Source: Dehalococcoidia bacterium
GTDB lineage: Bacteria; Chloroflexota; Dehalococcoidia; UBA6926
Assembly (NCBI GenBank): GCA_963666115.2
Contig: CAXXET010000004.1
Span: 256,001 to 320,000, forward strand
DNA length: 64,000 nt
Direction: 5' to 3'
The notes under the pieces were generated by a model. The model had not been told where the DNA came from. It ran no database searches and worked only from the letters and a program-made list of their open reading frames with translations. Made by a program: the position numbers and the translations under genes. Within the stretch, counting starts at the first letter, position 1; each line of letters begins with the position of its first letter. Below are positions 38,942 through 48,882 of this stretch, one piece after another.

Positions 38942-40256
38942 GGGGGCGGCGGGCCCCACTGAACGGGGATACATCGGCGTCGGACTGCTCGGCATGGGTG
39001 TCGTGGGAACGGGCGTCGCGGAGGCCCTTTCGACAGAAGGCTCATTCCTTGAGGAGTCTGTCGGACTCCCGCTGACGCTGCAAGGGATACTGGTGCGCGA
39101 TGCTACACGCAGCCGCTCTTCCGTGGTGGATGCGGCCCTGATCACGACCGAGGCCAAAGACGTCCTTGAGAACCCGGACGTCGATATTGTCATCGAGCTA
39201 ATGGGCGGGGAGGATGCCGCCCTGCCCGCCATCCGCGGCGCGCTCGCGGCAGGCCGCTCCGTTGTCACGGGGAACAAGGAAGTCATGGCCAAGCACGGCG
39301 CGGGCCTGTTGGGGATGGCGCGGGCCAAGGGGGCGAGCCTCAAGTTCGAGGCGGCGGTGGGGGGCGCAATCCCGGTCATCTCCGCGTTGGAACGGGGGCT
39401 GACGGGGGCGCGGGTTCGCGCGCTGCGGGCAATCATCAACGGCACGACGAATTACATCCTGACGCGCATGGCCGTCGACGGCATCGCCTTTGACGATGCT
39501 CTTGCGGACGCGCAGGCGCGGGGGTACGCGGAGGCAGACCCCGGCAACGACATCAGCGGCGCCGACGCCGCCTACAAGCTGGCAGTGCTCGCCACGCTCG
39601 CCTATGGGTCGCCCGTGCTGCCGGAGTCCATCCATTGCGAAGGAATCGGCGGCCTGGCGCCCCGGGATTTCCGTTACGCGCAAGAACTCGGCTACGCCAT
39701 CAAGCTGCTCGCCGTCGCAAAGGAGATCGACGACGGTGAACTGGACGCGCGGGTGCATCCGGCATTCATCGACTCAGACGCGCAGTTGGCGAAGATCGAC
39801 GGCGTGTATAACGCAGTTCAGTTCGACAGCGACTCGGCGGGAGAACTGCTCCTGTCAGGACGAGGCGCGGGGGCCGGGCCGACCACCAGCGCCGTTCTCA
39901 GCGACCTCATCGAGGTTGCGCGGGGATTGATGGCGCGGAGCGAGCCGGGGCCGCGGGAGGCATTGAGCGCAGGGCGCCGCGTGCGCCCCATCGATGAGCT
40001 GGATTTTCGTTATTATTTGCGAATGACCGTGGCGGATCAGCCGGGCGTCCTGGCGGCAATTGCGCGCATCCTGGGTGACGCATCCATTAGCATTGCCTCC
40101 GTGATCCAGCAGGAGGTCGATGAAACGGCCGGCTCCGCCGAGATCGTCATCACGACGCACCGCGCCCGGGAATCCGCGCTGCGGAGCGCGACGGGCAACC
40201 TGACGGCGCTGGACGTGGTGCGGGAGATCGGCAGCATCATCCGCGTTGAGGAATAG
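38934..40256 (+). CDS. hom: homoserine dehydrogenase
   Basis: GMGVVG, FEAAVGGAIP, NGTTNYIL, GYAEADP, C-terminal ACT domain. Confidence 0.96.
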   Translation: MSKGAAGPTERGYIGVGLLGMGVVGTGVAEALSTEGSFLEESVGLPLTLQGILVRDATRSRSSVVDAALITTEAKDVLENPDVDIVIELMGGEDAALPAIRGALAAGRSVVTGNKEVMAKHGAGLLGMARAKGASLKFEAAVGGAIPVISALERGLTGARVRALRAIINGTTNYILTRMAVDGIAFDDALADAQARGYAEADPGNDISGADAAYKLAVLATLAYGSPVLPESIHCEGIGGLAPRDFRYAQELGYAIKLLAVAKEIDDGELDARVHPAFIDSDAQLAKIDGVYNAVQFDSDSAGELLLSGRGAGAGPTTSAVLSDLIEVARGLMARSEPGPREALSAGRRVRPIDELDFRYYLRMTVADQPGVLAAIARILGDASISIASVIQQEVDETAGSAEIVITTHRARESALRSATGNLTALDVVREIGSIIRVEE

Positions 40257-40269
40257 CGGGGGCTTTGGG

Positions 40270-41319
40270 ATGGGCGTGCTCGAACGATACGGCCACCTGA
40301 TCGGGGCAGTCACGGATTCCACGCCGCAGATCACGCTGGGCGAGGGCAGCACGCCGCTGATCCGCTCCCGCCGCCTTGAGTCGCAACTGGGCGTCGGGGA
40401 ACTGTATTTCAAGCTGGAGGGGATGAACCCCACAGGCTCGTTCAAAGACCGGGGCATGGTTGTGGCAGTGGCGAAGGCGCTGGAGGACGGCTGCACAAGC
40501 GTCATCTGCGCCTCAACGGGCAATACCAGCGCGTCCGCGTCGGCGTATGGCTCGGCGTGCGGGCTGGAGAGCATCGTCGTGGTGCCCAAGGGCAACATCG
40601 CGGCGGGCAAGCTGGCGCAGGCGTCGATGTACGGCGCGCGGGTCATCGCCATCTCCGGGTTGTTTGACGACGCGCTGGACATCGTGCGCTCGTTCGCCGG
40701 GCCGGGCCCGATCAAACTCGTGAACTCGGTCAATCCCGACCGGATCGAGGGGCAGAAGACAGCGTCGTTTGAGATAGTCGATGATCTCGGCGATGCGCCG
40801 GACGACCTCTTCATCCCCGTGGGCAACGCGGGGAATATCACGGCCTACTGGAAGGGGTTTACGGAATACCACGAGGCGGGCAACGCGACCCGCCTGCCGC
40901 GGATGATGGGATTCCAGGCGGCCGGCGCAGCCCCCATCGTGCTCGGCCATCCCGTGGAGGAGCCGGACACGGTGGCGTCCGCTATCCGCATCGGCCGCCC
41001 GGCGAGCTGGGACAAGGCGGTGGCGGCGCGCGATGAGTCCGGCGGGCTGATCGACAGCGTGACGGACGAGCAGATCATGGACGCGTACTCGCTGCTGGCC
41101 GGACAGGAAGGCATCTTTGGCGAACCGGCGTCCGCCGCGTCCGTTGCGGGGCTGGCAAAATACGCCGCGGCGCGCCCGGAGATGCAAGACCGCCGCGTCG
41201 TCTGCATCATCACCGGCAACGGCCTCAAAGACCCGGACAGCGCCGCCCAGCAGGTGCTCAACGTTGAGGAGGCCCCGGCAGACCTCGCGGAGGTGCGGCG
41301 CCTGCTCGGCACCAACTGA
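40270..41319 (+). CDS. thrC: threonine synthase
   Basis: NPTGSFKDRG, CASTGNT, PVGNAGNI, TGNGLKD. Confidence 0.96.
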   Translation: MGVLERYGHLIGAVTDSTPQITLGEGSTPLIRSRRLESQLGVGELYFKLEGMNPTGSFKDRGMVVAVAKALEDGCTSVICASTGNTSASASAYGSACGLESIVVVPKGNIAAGKLAQASMYGARVIAISGLFDDALDIVRSFAGPGPIKLVNSVNPDRIEGQKTASFEIVDDLGDAPDDLFIPVGNAGNITAYWKGFTEYHEAGNATRLPRMMGFQAAGAAPIVLGHPVEEPDTVASAIRIGRPASWDKAVAARDESGGLIDSVTDEQIMDAYSLLAGQEGIFGEPASAASVAGLAKYAAARPEMQDRRVVCIITGNGLKDPDSAAQQVLNVEEAPADLAEVRRLLGTN

Positions 41320-41376
41320 CATGCGGCGGGTGCGCTACACTACTGGAAAGCAAGTGGAGCTGCGAACTATTCCCGG

Positions 41377-41949
41377 ATGATTGATCAAGAGCGTATCGTC
41401 CGCGCCGTCGAGGAGATTCTTCGCGCGATTGGAGAGGATCCAAGGCGTGACGGGCTCGACAGGACGCCTGCGCGCGTGGCGGCGATGTACGCCGAACTCT
41501 TCTCGGGCATCGACCAGGACCCGCGCGACTTCCTGACGGTGTCCTATGACGAGGGGGCGCGCGACATGGTGACCGTCACGGACATCCCGTTCGCGGCCAT
41601 CTGCGAGCACCATCTCCTGCCCTTCTTCGGTTCGGTTCACGTGGCATACGTGCCGTCGGGGCGCGTCGTCGGCATCAGCAAGCTGGCAAGGGCCATCGAG
41701 TGCCTGTCGCGTCGACCGCAGATGCAGGAGCGAATTACGAACCAGGCCGCAGACCTGTTGACCGAGGCGCTCGAACCGCAAGGGATTGCCGTTCGCGTGG
41801 AGGCGGAGCACCTGTGCATGACGATTCGCGGCGTGCGGGCGGCAGGGAGCCGGGTCATCACGACAGCGTTTCGCGGGGTGTTCAAGGATGACCCGGCGGC
41901 GCGGGCAGAGTTCCTGTCCCTCACGTCGTCCACGGGGGCAGGCTCATGA
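41377..41949 (+). CDS. folE: GTP cyclohydrolase I
   Basis: TPARVA, CEHHLLPF, GISKLAR, QERIT, HLCMTIRG. Confidence 0.96.
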   Translation: MIDQERIVRAVEEILRAIGEDPRRDGLDRTPARVAAMYAELFSGIDQDPRDFLTVSYDEGARDMVTVTDIPFAAICEHHLLPFFGSVHVAYVPSGRVVGISKLARAIECLSRRPQMQERITNQAADLLTEALEPQGIAVRVEAEHLCMTIRGVRAAGSRVITTAFRGVFKDDPAARAEFLSLTSSTGAGS

Positions 41950-42950
41950 GTCTCGCCGTGCAATGGGAATCTCTTGCGGCAGTCACGCCCGAGTGGCCGG
42001 CCCTGTTCGCCAAATCCACAACGCAGTCGATATTCCTTTCCCTGCCCTGGCAGACGGCGTGGGCGATCAACTGCTGCGGCTCAACGGATGAGCACCCCGT
42101 TCTGACCGTTCGCGACGGCGCGGACGGCTCGCTGCGCGGCATCGCGCCACTGGTTCACGGCACGGATGCCGTCACGTTCGGCCTGGACTACAACGTGACG
42201 GATTACCAGGATATTTTGTCGGACCCGGGTGAGGAGGAGGCCGTCTGGGACGCGATCCTCGACTACGGGGCGTCCGAGGGGTGGTCGTCCATCGAACTGA
42301 CGGGCGTTCGGGATGATTCGCCGTCGACACGCATATTGGAGACACGGGCCACAGAGCACGGGTGGCGGGCTGATCGCTCCGTGTGGGACGTGTCTCCGTA
42401 CGTTGAACTGCCGGAATCATGGGAGTCGCACGTGCAGAGCCTCTCCAAGAAGGATCGCCACGAACTGCGGCGAAAGCTGCGCCGGCTGGAGGCGAGCGGG
42501 GAGGCCGAATACCGCATCTACGACCACGAACATGATGAGCTGCCGGATGCCCTGGATGCCTTCGTGTCCCTGATGGGCAAGAGCAGCGAGGCGAAGTCGG
42601 ATTTCCTGACCGAAGATCGCAGATCGTTCCTGGAGACGCTGACGCAGACGATGGCGGAGGCGGATTCACTCCAGCTTGCTTTCCTGGACGTGGGGGGCAA
42701 GCCGGTTTCGGCCACGATGAGCTTCCTGGAGGGAGACCGCCTGCTGTTGTACAACAGCGGATACGACCCGGAGTATCGCCACCTGTCGGTTGGGCTGCTG
42801 CTGAAGGCGTACGGGCTGCGCGGCGCGATTGAACTGGGGCTGCGCGAGTACGATTTCCTGCGCGGGAATGAGCCGTACAAGTACGACCTCGGCGGCAATG
42901 ACCGCGTGCTGTACCGCTGGCAGCTGGCGCGGGCGGACGGGGCGGCGTGA
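41946..42950 (+). CDS. GNAT family acetyltransferase (CelD/BcsL-like)
   Basis: RHELRRKLRRL, YNSGYDP, YDFLRGNEPYKY. Confidence 0.85.
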   Translation: MSLAVQWESLAAVTPEWPALFAKSTTQSIFLSLPWQTAWAINCCGSTDEHPVLTVRDGADGSLRGIAPLVHGTDAVTFGLDYNVTDYQDILSDPGEEEAVWDAILDYGASEGWSSIELTGVRDDSPSTRILETRATEHGWRADRSVWDVSPYVELPESWESHVQSLSKKDRHELRRKLRRLEASGEAEYRIYDHEHDELPDALDAFVSLMGKSSEAKSDFLTEDRRSFLETLTQTMAEADSLQLAFLDVGGKPVSATMSFLEGDRLLLYNSGYDPEYRHLSVGLLLKAYGLRGAIELGLREYDFLRGNEPYKYDLGGNDRVLYRWQLARADGAA

Positions 42951-44152
42951 CTGTTCGATCGGTTGGGCTGCTTGCCCTGCATTCCTGCCCGTTGACTGCG
43001 CTGGGCACGGGGAAGGCGGGGGGGATGTCTTCCTATGTCCTGGGGCTTGCGCGGGAGTTTTCGCGGCGGGGGATCACCGTGAAGATCATCACGAATGAGC
43101 ATACGGAAGGGCATGGCGGCGGCGAGTTGTGTGACGGGTTTGAGGTGGTTCACGTGGCGAGTGGGGCGGCTGATGAGATTGCGGGGGCGTTGGGGGCGGA
43201 TTGTGAACTGATTCACTCTCATTATTGGGTTTCGGGGCTTGCGGGGATGGGCGTGGCGCGGCGGCTTGGGGCGCCGCACGTGACGACGTTTCACACGATT
43301 GGGGTGGTCAAGGAGGAGGCCTGGGTTCCCGCTTTCGCGGGAATGACGGAAGGGCACAGGGAGAGGGTGCAGGCGGAGGGGGTGGTTGCGCGGGGGGTGG
43401 ACGGGATCGTGGCGTGGACGCGGTTCGAGGCGGATGCGCTGGTTTCGATGCTGGGGGCTGAACGGGAGCGGATTGCGGTTGCGCCTATCGGCGTCGACAC
43501 GGACCGGTTCCGGCCACTGGATACGGCAGAGGCGCGTCGATGTCTTGGGATTGGCGCCGATGAGGAGACTTTGCTGTACGTCGGGCGGCTCGATCGAATC
43601 AAGGGGGCTGACGTGCTGCTGAGGGCGGCGGGGCTCCTTATTAAACGGCCGTGGCTGCGGGTTCGTTTCGTAGGCGGCGAGGTGGATGCGAACTATGCGG
43701 CCGGGCTGCGAACACTGGCGGCTGACCTAAACATCGCGGACAGAATCTCGTGGGTTGGGCCTGTGCCGAACGATGAATTGCCGTGGCATTATGCGGCGGC
43801 GGACGTGGTCGTCGTGCCATCGTATTCGGAGAGTTTCAGCATCGCGGCAACGGAGGCAATGGCGTGCGGCAGGCCGGTCGTGGCGTCCAACGTGCCGGGG
43901 CCGGCGTCGTTCATCGAGGACGGGGTATCGGGCCGGCTTGCGCCGGCGGGTGACGCCCCTGCCCTTGCGCGCTCCGTTGGGGAGTTGCTGGACGACGACG
44001 CGCTGCGGGAACGGCTTGGGGAAGGGGCGTTGGCGGCGGCGCGGGGGATGACGTGGGGGGCGAGCGCGGAGACGGCGCTGGGGCTGTACGAGAGGGTGAT
44101 CGAGGTGGGGGGCGAAGTGGGGTCTTTGGATTCTTCGCTGCGCTCAGAATGA
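42947..44152 (+). CDS. GT4 glycosyltransferase, MshA-like
   Basis: LHSCPL...AGGMSSYV, HSHYWVSG, FHT, VGRLDRIKG, PSYSESF...EAMACG. Confidence 0.85.
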   Translation: MTVRSVGLLALHSCPLTALGTGKAGGMSSYVLGLAREFSRRGITVKIITNEHTEGHGGGELCDGFEVVHVASGAADEIAGALGADCELIHSHYWVSGLAGMGVARRLGAPHVTTFHTIGVVKEEAWVPAFAGMTEGHRERVQAEGVVARGVDGIVAWTRFEADALVSMLGAERERIAVAPIGVDTDRFRPLDTAEARRCLGIGADEETLLYVGRLDRIKGADVLLRAAGLLIKRPWLRVRFVGGEVDANYAAGLRTLAADLNIADRISWVGPVPNDELPWHYAAADVVVVPSYSESFSIAATEAMACGRPVVASNVPGPASFIEDGVSGRLAPAGDAPALARSVGELLDDDALRERLGEGALAAARGMTWGASAETALGLYERVIEVGGEVGSLDSSLRSE

Positions 44153-44176
44153 CAGAAGTGGTTGGGGGGCTGAATT

Positions 44177-44896
44177 GTGATTGAGGAGTTTGGGGAGGTT
44201 GAGCGGGTTTTGGTGGTTTCGCCGCATCCGGATGACGCGGAGATCGGGTGCGGGGGGACGATAGCGCGGCTGATCCGGGACGGGGTCGAGGTATATTACG
44301 TGGTCGCGACGAACGGCGACAAGGGGACGGAAGACCCTACCCTGACGAACGCCGATCTCGCGGCGCTGCGCGACAAGGAGCAGCGCGCGGCGGCGGCGAT
44401 GCTCGGCGTGAAAGAGGTCACCATCCTGCAGAACGGCGACGGGGAGCTGGTGGACGGGCGGGAACTGCTCGGCGAGATCACGCGGCACGTTCGGCGGATC
44501 AAGCCGGACATCGTACTGACGACGGACCCGTTCAGGACGAGCTTCTATACTCACCGCGACCACCGCATCACGGGCATGGTGACGATGGACGCCGTGTTCC
44601 CGTTCGCGCGGGACCGGCTGCATTTCCCCGAGCACGACGCGGAGGGTTTGAAGACGCACAAGACGGCGGAAATCTACTTTTGGGGCGCGGAGACGTCCGA
44701 CGTGTTCATTGACATTTCGGACACCATCGAAACAAAAATTGAGGCGACACTGCTTCATGCGAGCCAGTTTGAGCCGGAATCCGGCGAGTGGATCCGACGT
44801 TGGTCGGCGCGCAAGGGCGAGCCGCACGGGATAGCGTACGCGGAGGAGTTCCGCCGCTACGGAATCAGCCGCATGGGAACGGATGAAGAGGACTAG
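44177..44896 (+). CDS. PIG-L/LmbE family deacetylase
   Basis: PHPDDAE, TNGDKG, HRDH, HASQ. Confidence 0.9.
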   Translation: MIEEFGEVERVLVVSPHPDDAEIGCGGTIARLIRDGVEVYYVVATNGDKGTEDPTLTNADLAALRDKEQRAAAAMLGVKEVTILQNGDGELVDGRELLGEITRHVRRIKPDIVLTTDPFRTSFYTHRDHRITGMVTMDAVFPFARDRLHFPEHDAEGLKTHKTAEIYFWGAETSDVFIDISDTIETKIEATLLHASQFEPESGEWIRRWSARKGEPHGIAYAEEFRRYGISRMGTDEED

Positions 44897-44927
44897 GACG
44901 ATTAGCACGGGGGAGACACAGAGGCAC

Positions 44928-45632
44928 ATGGTTGACACACAAGGCCGCCCCAAGAAGCTGATGGCGATCTCGGCGCATCCGGACGACATGGAGTTCGGGT
45001 GCGGGGGGACTATCGGCAAGTGGATACGCGAGGGCTGGGAGGGGGCGCTGGTCATCGCGACGGACGGCCGCGCGGGCACAGCCGACCCGGACACGAAGCC
45101 GGAGGACCTGGTCAAGACGCGCGAGGCCGAGGCGCGGGCGGCGGCGAAAGCGCTCGGCATCGAGGACGTGACGTTCCTTGGGTACCCGGACGGCGAACTC
45201 GAGGACAGCCGCGAGCTGCGCGAACACCTGGTGCGTGAAATCCGCCGGTTCAGGCCGGAGGTGGTGTTCACGTTCGATCCGTACCGTCGGGGTCACAACC
45301 ATCGCGATCACCGGAACGTGGGGCAGGCGGCGTTCGACGCGATGTACCCGTACGCGCGCGACCTGTATCATTTCCCGCATTTGGCGGAACAGGGCTTTGA
45401 GCCGCACATCGTGTCCGAGGCGTGGTCATGGAGCGAGGAGCCGGACACGTGGATCGACATCTCGGACTCGATCGATCTGAAAGTAGCGGCGCTTCGAGAG
45501 CACAGGAGCCAGATCAGCAACCCGGAAGGCCTGATGGAGCGGATTCACTCGCGTCACGAGGAGCAGGGGAAATCGCCGGGGTACCAGTACGCGGAGGGGT
45601 TCCGGGTACACCGGTTTAGGTGGCCGGGGTAA
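44928..45632 (+). CDS. PIG-L/LmbE family deacetylase (tandem paralogue)
   Basis: AHPDDME, TDGRAG, HRDH, HRSQ. Confidence 0.9.
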   Translation: MVDTQGRPKKLMAISAHPDDMEFGCGGTIGKWIREGWEGALVIATDGRAGTADPDTKPEDLVKTREAEARAAAKALGIEDVTFLGYPDGELEDSRELREHLVREIRRFRPEVVFTFDPYRRGHNHRDHRNVGQAAFDAMYPYARDLYHFPHLAEQGFEPHIVSEAWSWSEEPDTWIDISDSIDLKVAALREHRSQISNPEGLMERIHSRHEEQGKSPGYQYAEGFRVHRFRWPG

Positions 45633-45675
45633 GGGCTAGGGGCTCGCGGGGGGACACGTGTAGCCTAAGGCTGCT

Positions 45676-48600
45676 ATGAGCACAGGCAATCAGAACCGGG
45701 CGGCACTCCAGGAGTACTTGGCCAGCGTCAGGGCGACGCTGGCGACGGGGCAGGCGGGAGAACACGCATACCGTGGCACGTTTGAGAGCCTGATTCGGAG
45801 TTTCGAGGGCGGGCAGTACAGGGCTATCAACGAGCCGCGCGGCGAAACCGTCGGGCGGCCAGATTTTGTCATTCACGAGGGCGACGTACCCGTTGGCTAT
45901 GTTGAGTGCAAGGACATTGGCGCCGACCTTGAGCGGGAAGAAAGTTCCGAGCAACTTGGGCGTTACCGCGACGGCTTGCACAACCTGATCCTGACGGACT
46001 ACCTGACGTTCCGGTGGTACGTGGAGGGGGAGTTCCAGAGGGAAGTCACGCTGGCGACACGACAGCCTGACGGCACACTCAGCCGGGCTGCGCAAGGCTA
46101 TACGGACGTCGATCTGCTCCTCAAGGATTTTTTGTCTCAAGACGCAACCCTCGTCAATACGCCGCAGGAGCTAGCGCGGCGCATGGCAATCAAGACGCGG
46201 CTCCTACGAGATTCGGTTCGCAGCAGACTTGCCGAGAATCCGACGGAGGGTTCCGTTGCGGCTTTTCAGCGTCTGAGCAGGGAATTGCTGGCAGCGGAGT
46301 CCGATGTAGAGGCAGTTGCGGATACGTATGCCCAGACGGCGGCTTACGGCCTGTTTGCGGCATGGCAGAAGCGTCCTGCGGGCAGCGAATTTACGCGTCA
46401 GTCAGCGGTGTTCACGGACATGACGCCGTTCTTGGGAGACGCGCTCGACAGTGTTGCGGGACGCCGGACCGAGGGAAAGCTTGCGTGGGTTATCGACGAC
46501 CTAGCGCGGCTCCTGGACAAGACAGACCGGTCGGCAATCATGCAGGGGTTTGCCCGCGCCCCAGGGCAAGACGACCCGATTATCCACTTCTACGAGGATT
46601 TCCTGGCGGTGTACGACTCAAGCATGCGCGAGAAACGCGGCGTCTATTACACCCCGCTGCCGGTCGTGTCCTATATCGTGCGCAGCATCGACAAGCTCTT
46701 GCGGGACAGCCTGGGGATTGCCGACGGGCTGGCAGACACAGAGAAGGTCGGCAACGGGGAGCACCATAGAGTAACAATTCTCGATCCGGCGGTGGGCACA
46801 GGCACGTTCCTTCGGGAGGTTGTAGCGCACGTTCGCGGCACGATCAGAGACAAGGGTTTGGGCGGCATATGGCCGGAGTACGTTAAGGACGACCTGCTGC
46901 CACGGCTACACGGCTTTGAACTGCTGATGGCGCCGTACACGATCAGCCATCTGAGCCTTAGCGTCGCGCTATCCGCTGACGGCACCCCGGGGGACATTGG
47001 CATCGGCGACCGTGAAATAAACGTCGTGCTGACGAATTCGCTGGAGCCAGCGCATGTCGTGAGCTCCGGGCCGTCATTCTGGGATGCGTCTTCCATCGAA
47101 GCAGAGTCATCCCGCGCCGACGACGTGAAGCGGGACCGGCCAGTGATGGTCGTCCTTGGCAATCCACCCTATTTCGCAGAGTCTGCCAACGACGGACAGT
47201 GGATACGCGGTCTCTTGCGGGGCAAGGATGGGGAAGCGGACACCGGCTCATATTTCCACGTAGATGGGGAACCGCTTGGGGAACGAAACCCACGATGGCT
47301 CAACGACGACTACGTGAAGTTCATTCGCTTCGCCCAGTGGCGCATCGAGCAGACCGGAGAGGGTGTGCTGGGGTTCATCACGAATCACAGCTACCTGGAC
47401 AATCCGACGTTCCGGGGGATGCGCCACAGCCTGCTGGAGACCTTTGACGATATCTACATCCTCGATCTTCATGGGAATGCCATGAAACGAGAGAAGGCGC
47501 CAGACGGCAGCGCGGACGAAAACATCTTCAATATCCAGCAGGGTGTAGCGATCGCACTGTTCATCAAGCGGGCTGACCAGAGAGCGGGGTTGGCAACGGT
47601 GCGCCACGCAGACTTGCGGGGCAAGCAGGGAGACAAGCACGCGTGGCTGGGAGAGCACGACGTATCCGATACAGAGTGGACGGAGTTGAATCCACGGCAG
47701 CCAGGCTATTTCTTCATTCAACGCAACAATGGCGTCCTCGAAGACGAATATGAACGCGGTTACAGCGTTGCTAACATCTTTCCAATGAATTCAGTTGGTA
47801 TTGTGACGGCGCGGGATAAGCTGACCATCCAGTGGTCAGAAGAAGATATGGTGGAGGTCGTCACCGATTTCGCAGCGCGTGGGGTTGAGGATGCGCGTGA
47901 GCATTACGCCCTGAATAGCGACGCGGAAGACTGGAAAGTAGGACTGGCCCAACAGGATCTCCGAGACCACCCGAATCTTTCGGATCACGTGACGGAATTG
48001 CTCTACCGACCGTTTGATATGCGCCACACCTACTACACAGGGCAATCGAGAGGCTTTATTTGCCGACCGCGCCAGAACGTGATGCGGCACATGCTGGCGG
48101 GGCAGAACCTGGGGCTGATTTCCAGTCGGCAGGTATCTGTCGACAACGGCTACTCGCATGCCATAGCGACACGCCACATCGTTGACGCCAGGTCTGTGTA
48201 TACGAGCAGGGGCATCATGTCTCTGATGCCCCTCTACTTGTATCCGACGGATGCAGAGCGGGAGAGGGGCATCGGCGTCAGGGCGAATCTGGATGAGGGA
48301 TTCGTCGAGGCAGTAATTGAGGCTATCGGGCTGACGTTCACGCAGGACGGGCCGGGTGATTTGAAGTCGACGTTCGGGCCAGAGGACGTGTTCCATTACG
48401 TGTACGCGATCCTGCACAGCCCGGGCTATCGGACTCGCTACGGCGATTTTCTGAAGTCGGACTTTCCGCGCATCCCGTTGACGCGCAGCCAAGAACTATT
48501 CAGACGGCTCATCACGTCGGGGCGGCGGCTCACGGAATTGCATCTCATGGAGGCTGAGCCACTGACGCAGCCGAGTTTTCCCGAGCAGGGGAACTTGCGG

Positions 48601-48882
48601 GTGGACCGGACGCAGTTCGTTGAGCCGCGTGACGGCGTGATTGGCCGCGTGATGATCAACCGGGATCAGTACTTCGAGGGGGTCAGCAAGGCAACGTGGG
48701 ATTTCACGATTGGCGGGTATCGACCTGCGCAGAAGTGGCTGAAGGACCGCAAGGGTCGGACGCTGACGGCTGACGACGTGCGACATTATCGGGCAATGTG
48801 CGGGGCATTGTCGGAGACGCAGGAGTTAATGGTACAGGTAGACGGGGTTATCGAAGACGCAGGCGGGTGGCCGCTGGGGTAA
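45676..48882 (+). CDS. helicase-less type ISP-like RM enzyme (PD-ExK nuclease + N6-MTase + specificity domain)
   Basis: GRPDF...YVECK, GVYYTP, LDPAVGTGTF, GNPPY, DDYVKF, IYILDLHG, YRPFD, DFPRIP, KWLKDRK. Confidence 0.88.
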   Translation: MSTGNQNRAALQEYLASVRATLATGQAGEHAYRGTFESLIRSFEGGQYRAINEPRGETVGRPDFVIHEGDVPVGYVECKDIGADLEREESSEQLGRYRDGLHNLILTDYLTFRWYVEGEFQREVTLATRQPDGTLSRAAQGYTDVDLLLKDFLSQDATLVNTPQELARRMAIKTRLLRDSVRSRLAENPTEGSVAAFQRLSRELLAAESDVEAVADTYAQTAAYGLFAAWQKRPAGSEFTRQSAVFTDMTPFLGDALDSVAGRRTEGKLAWVIDDLARLLDKTDRSAIMQGFARAPGQDDPIIHFYEDFLAVYDSSMREKRGVYYTPLPVVSYIVRSIDKLLRDSLGIADGLADTEKVGNGEHHRVTILDPAVGTGTFLREVVAHVRGTIRDKGLGGIWPEYVKDDLLPRLHGFELLMAPYTISHLSLSVALSADGTPGDIGIGDREINVVLTNSLEPAHVVSSGPSFWDASSIEAESSRADDVKRDRPVMVVLGNPPYFAESANDGQWIRGLLRGKDGEADTGSYFHVDGEPLGERNPRWLNDDYVKFIRFAQWRIEQTGEGVLGFITNHSYLDNPTFRGMRHSLLETFDDIYILDLHGNAMKREKAPDGSADENIFNIQQGVAIALFIKRADQRAGLATVRHADLRGKQGDKHAWLGEHDVSDTEWTELNPRQPGYFFIQRNNGVLEDEYERGYSVANIFPMNSVGIVTARDKLTIQWSEEDMVEVVTDFAARGVEDAREHYALNSDAEDWKVGLAQQDLRDHPNLSDHVTELLYRPFDMRHTYYTGQSRGFICRPRQNVMRHMLAGQNLGLISSRQVSVDNGYSHAIATRHIVDARSVYTSRGIMSLMPLYLYPTDAERERGIGVRANLDEGFVEAVIEAIGLTFTQDGPGDLKSTFGPEDVFHYVYAILHSPGYRTRYGDFLKSDFPRIPLTRSQELFRRLITSGRRLTELHLMEAEPLTQPSFPEQGNLRVDRTQFVEPRDGVIGRVMINRDQYFEGVSKATWDFTIGGYRPAQKWLKDRKGRTLTADDVRHYRAMCGALSETQELMVQVDGVIEDAGGWPLG

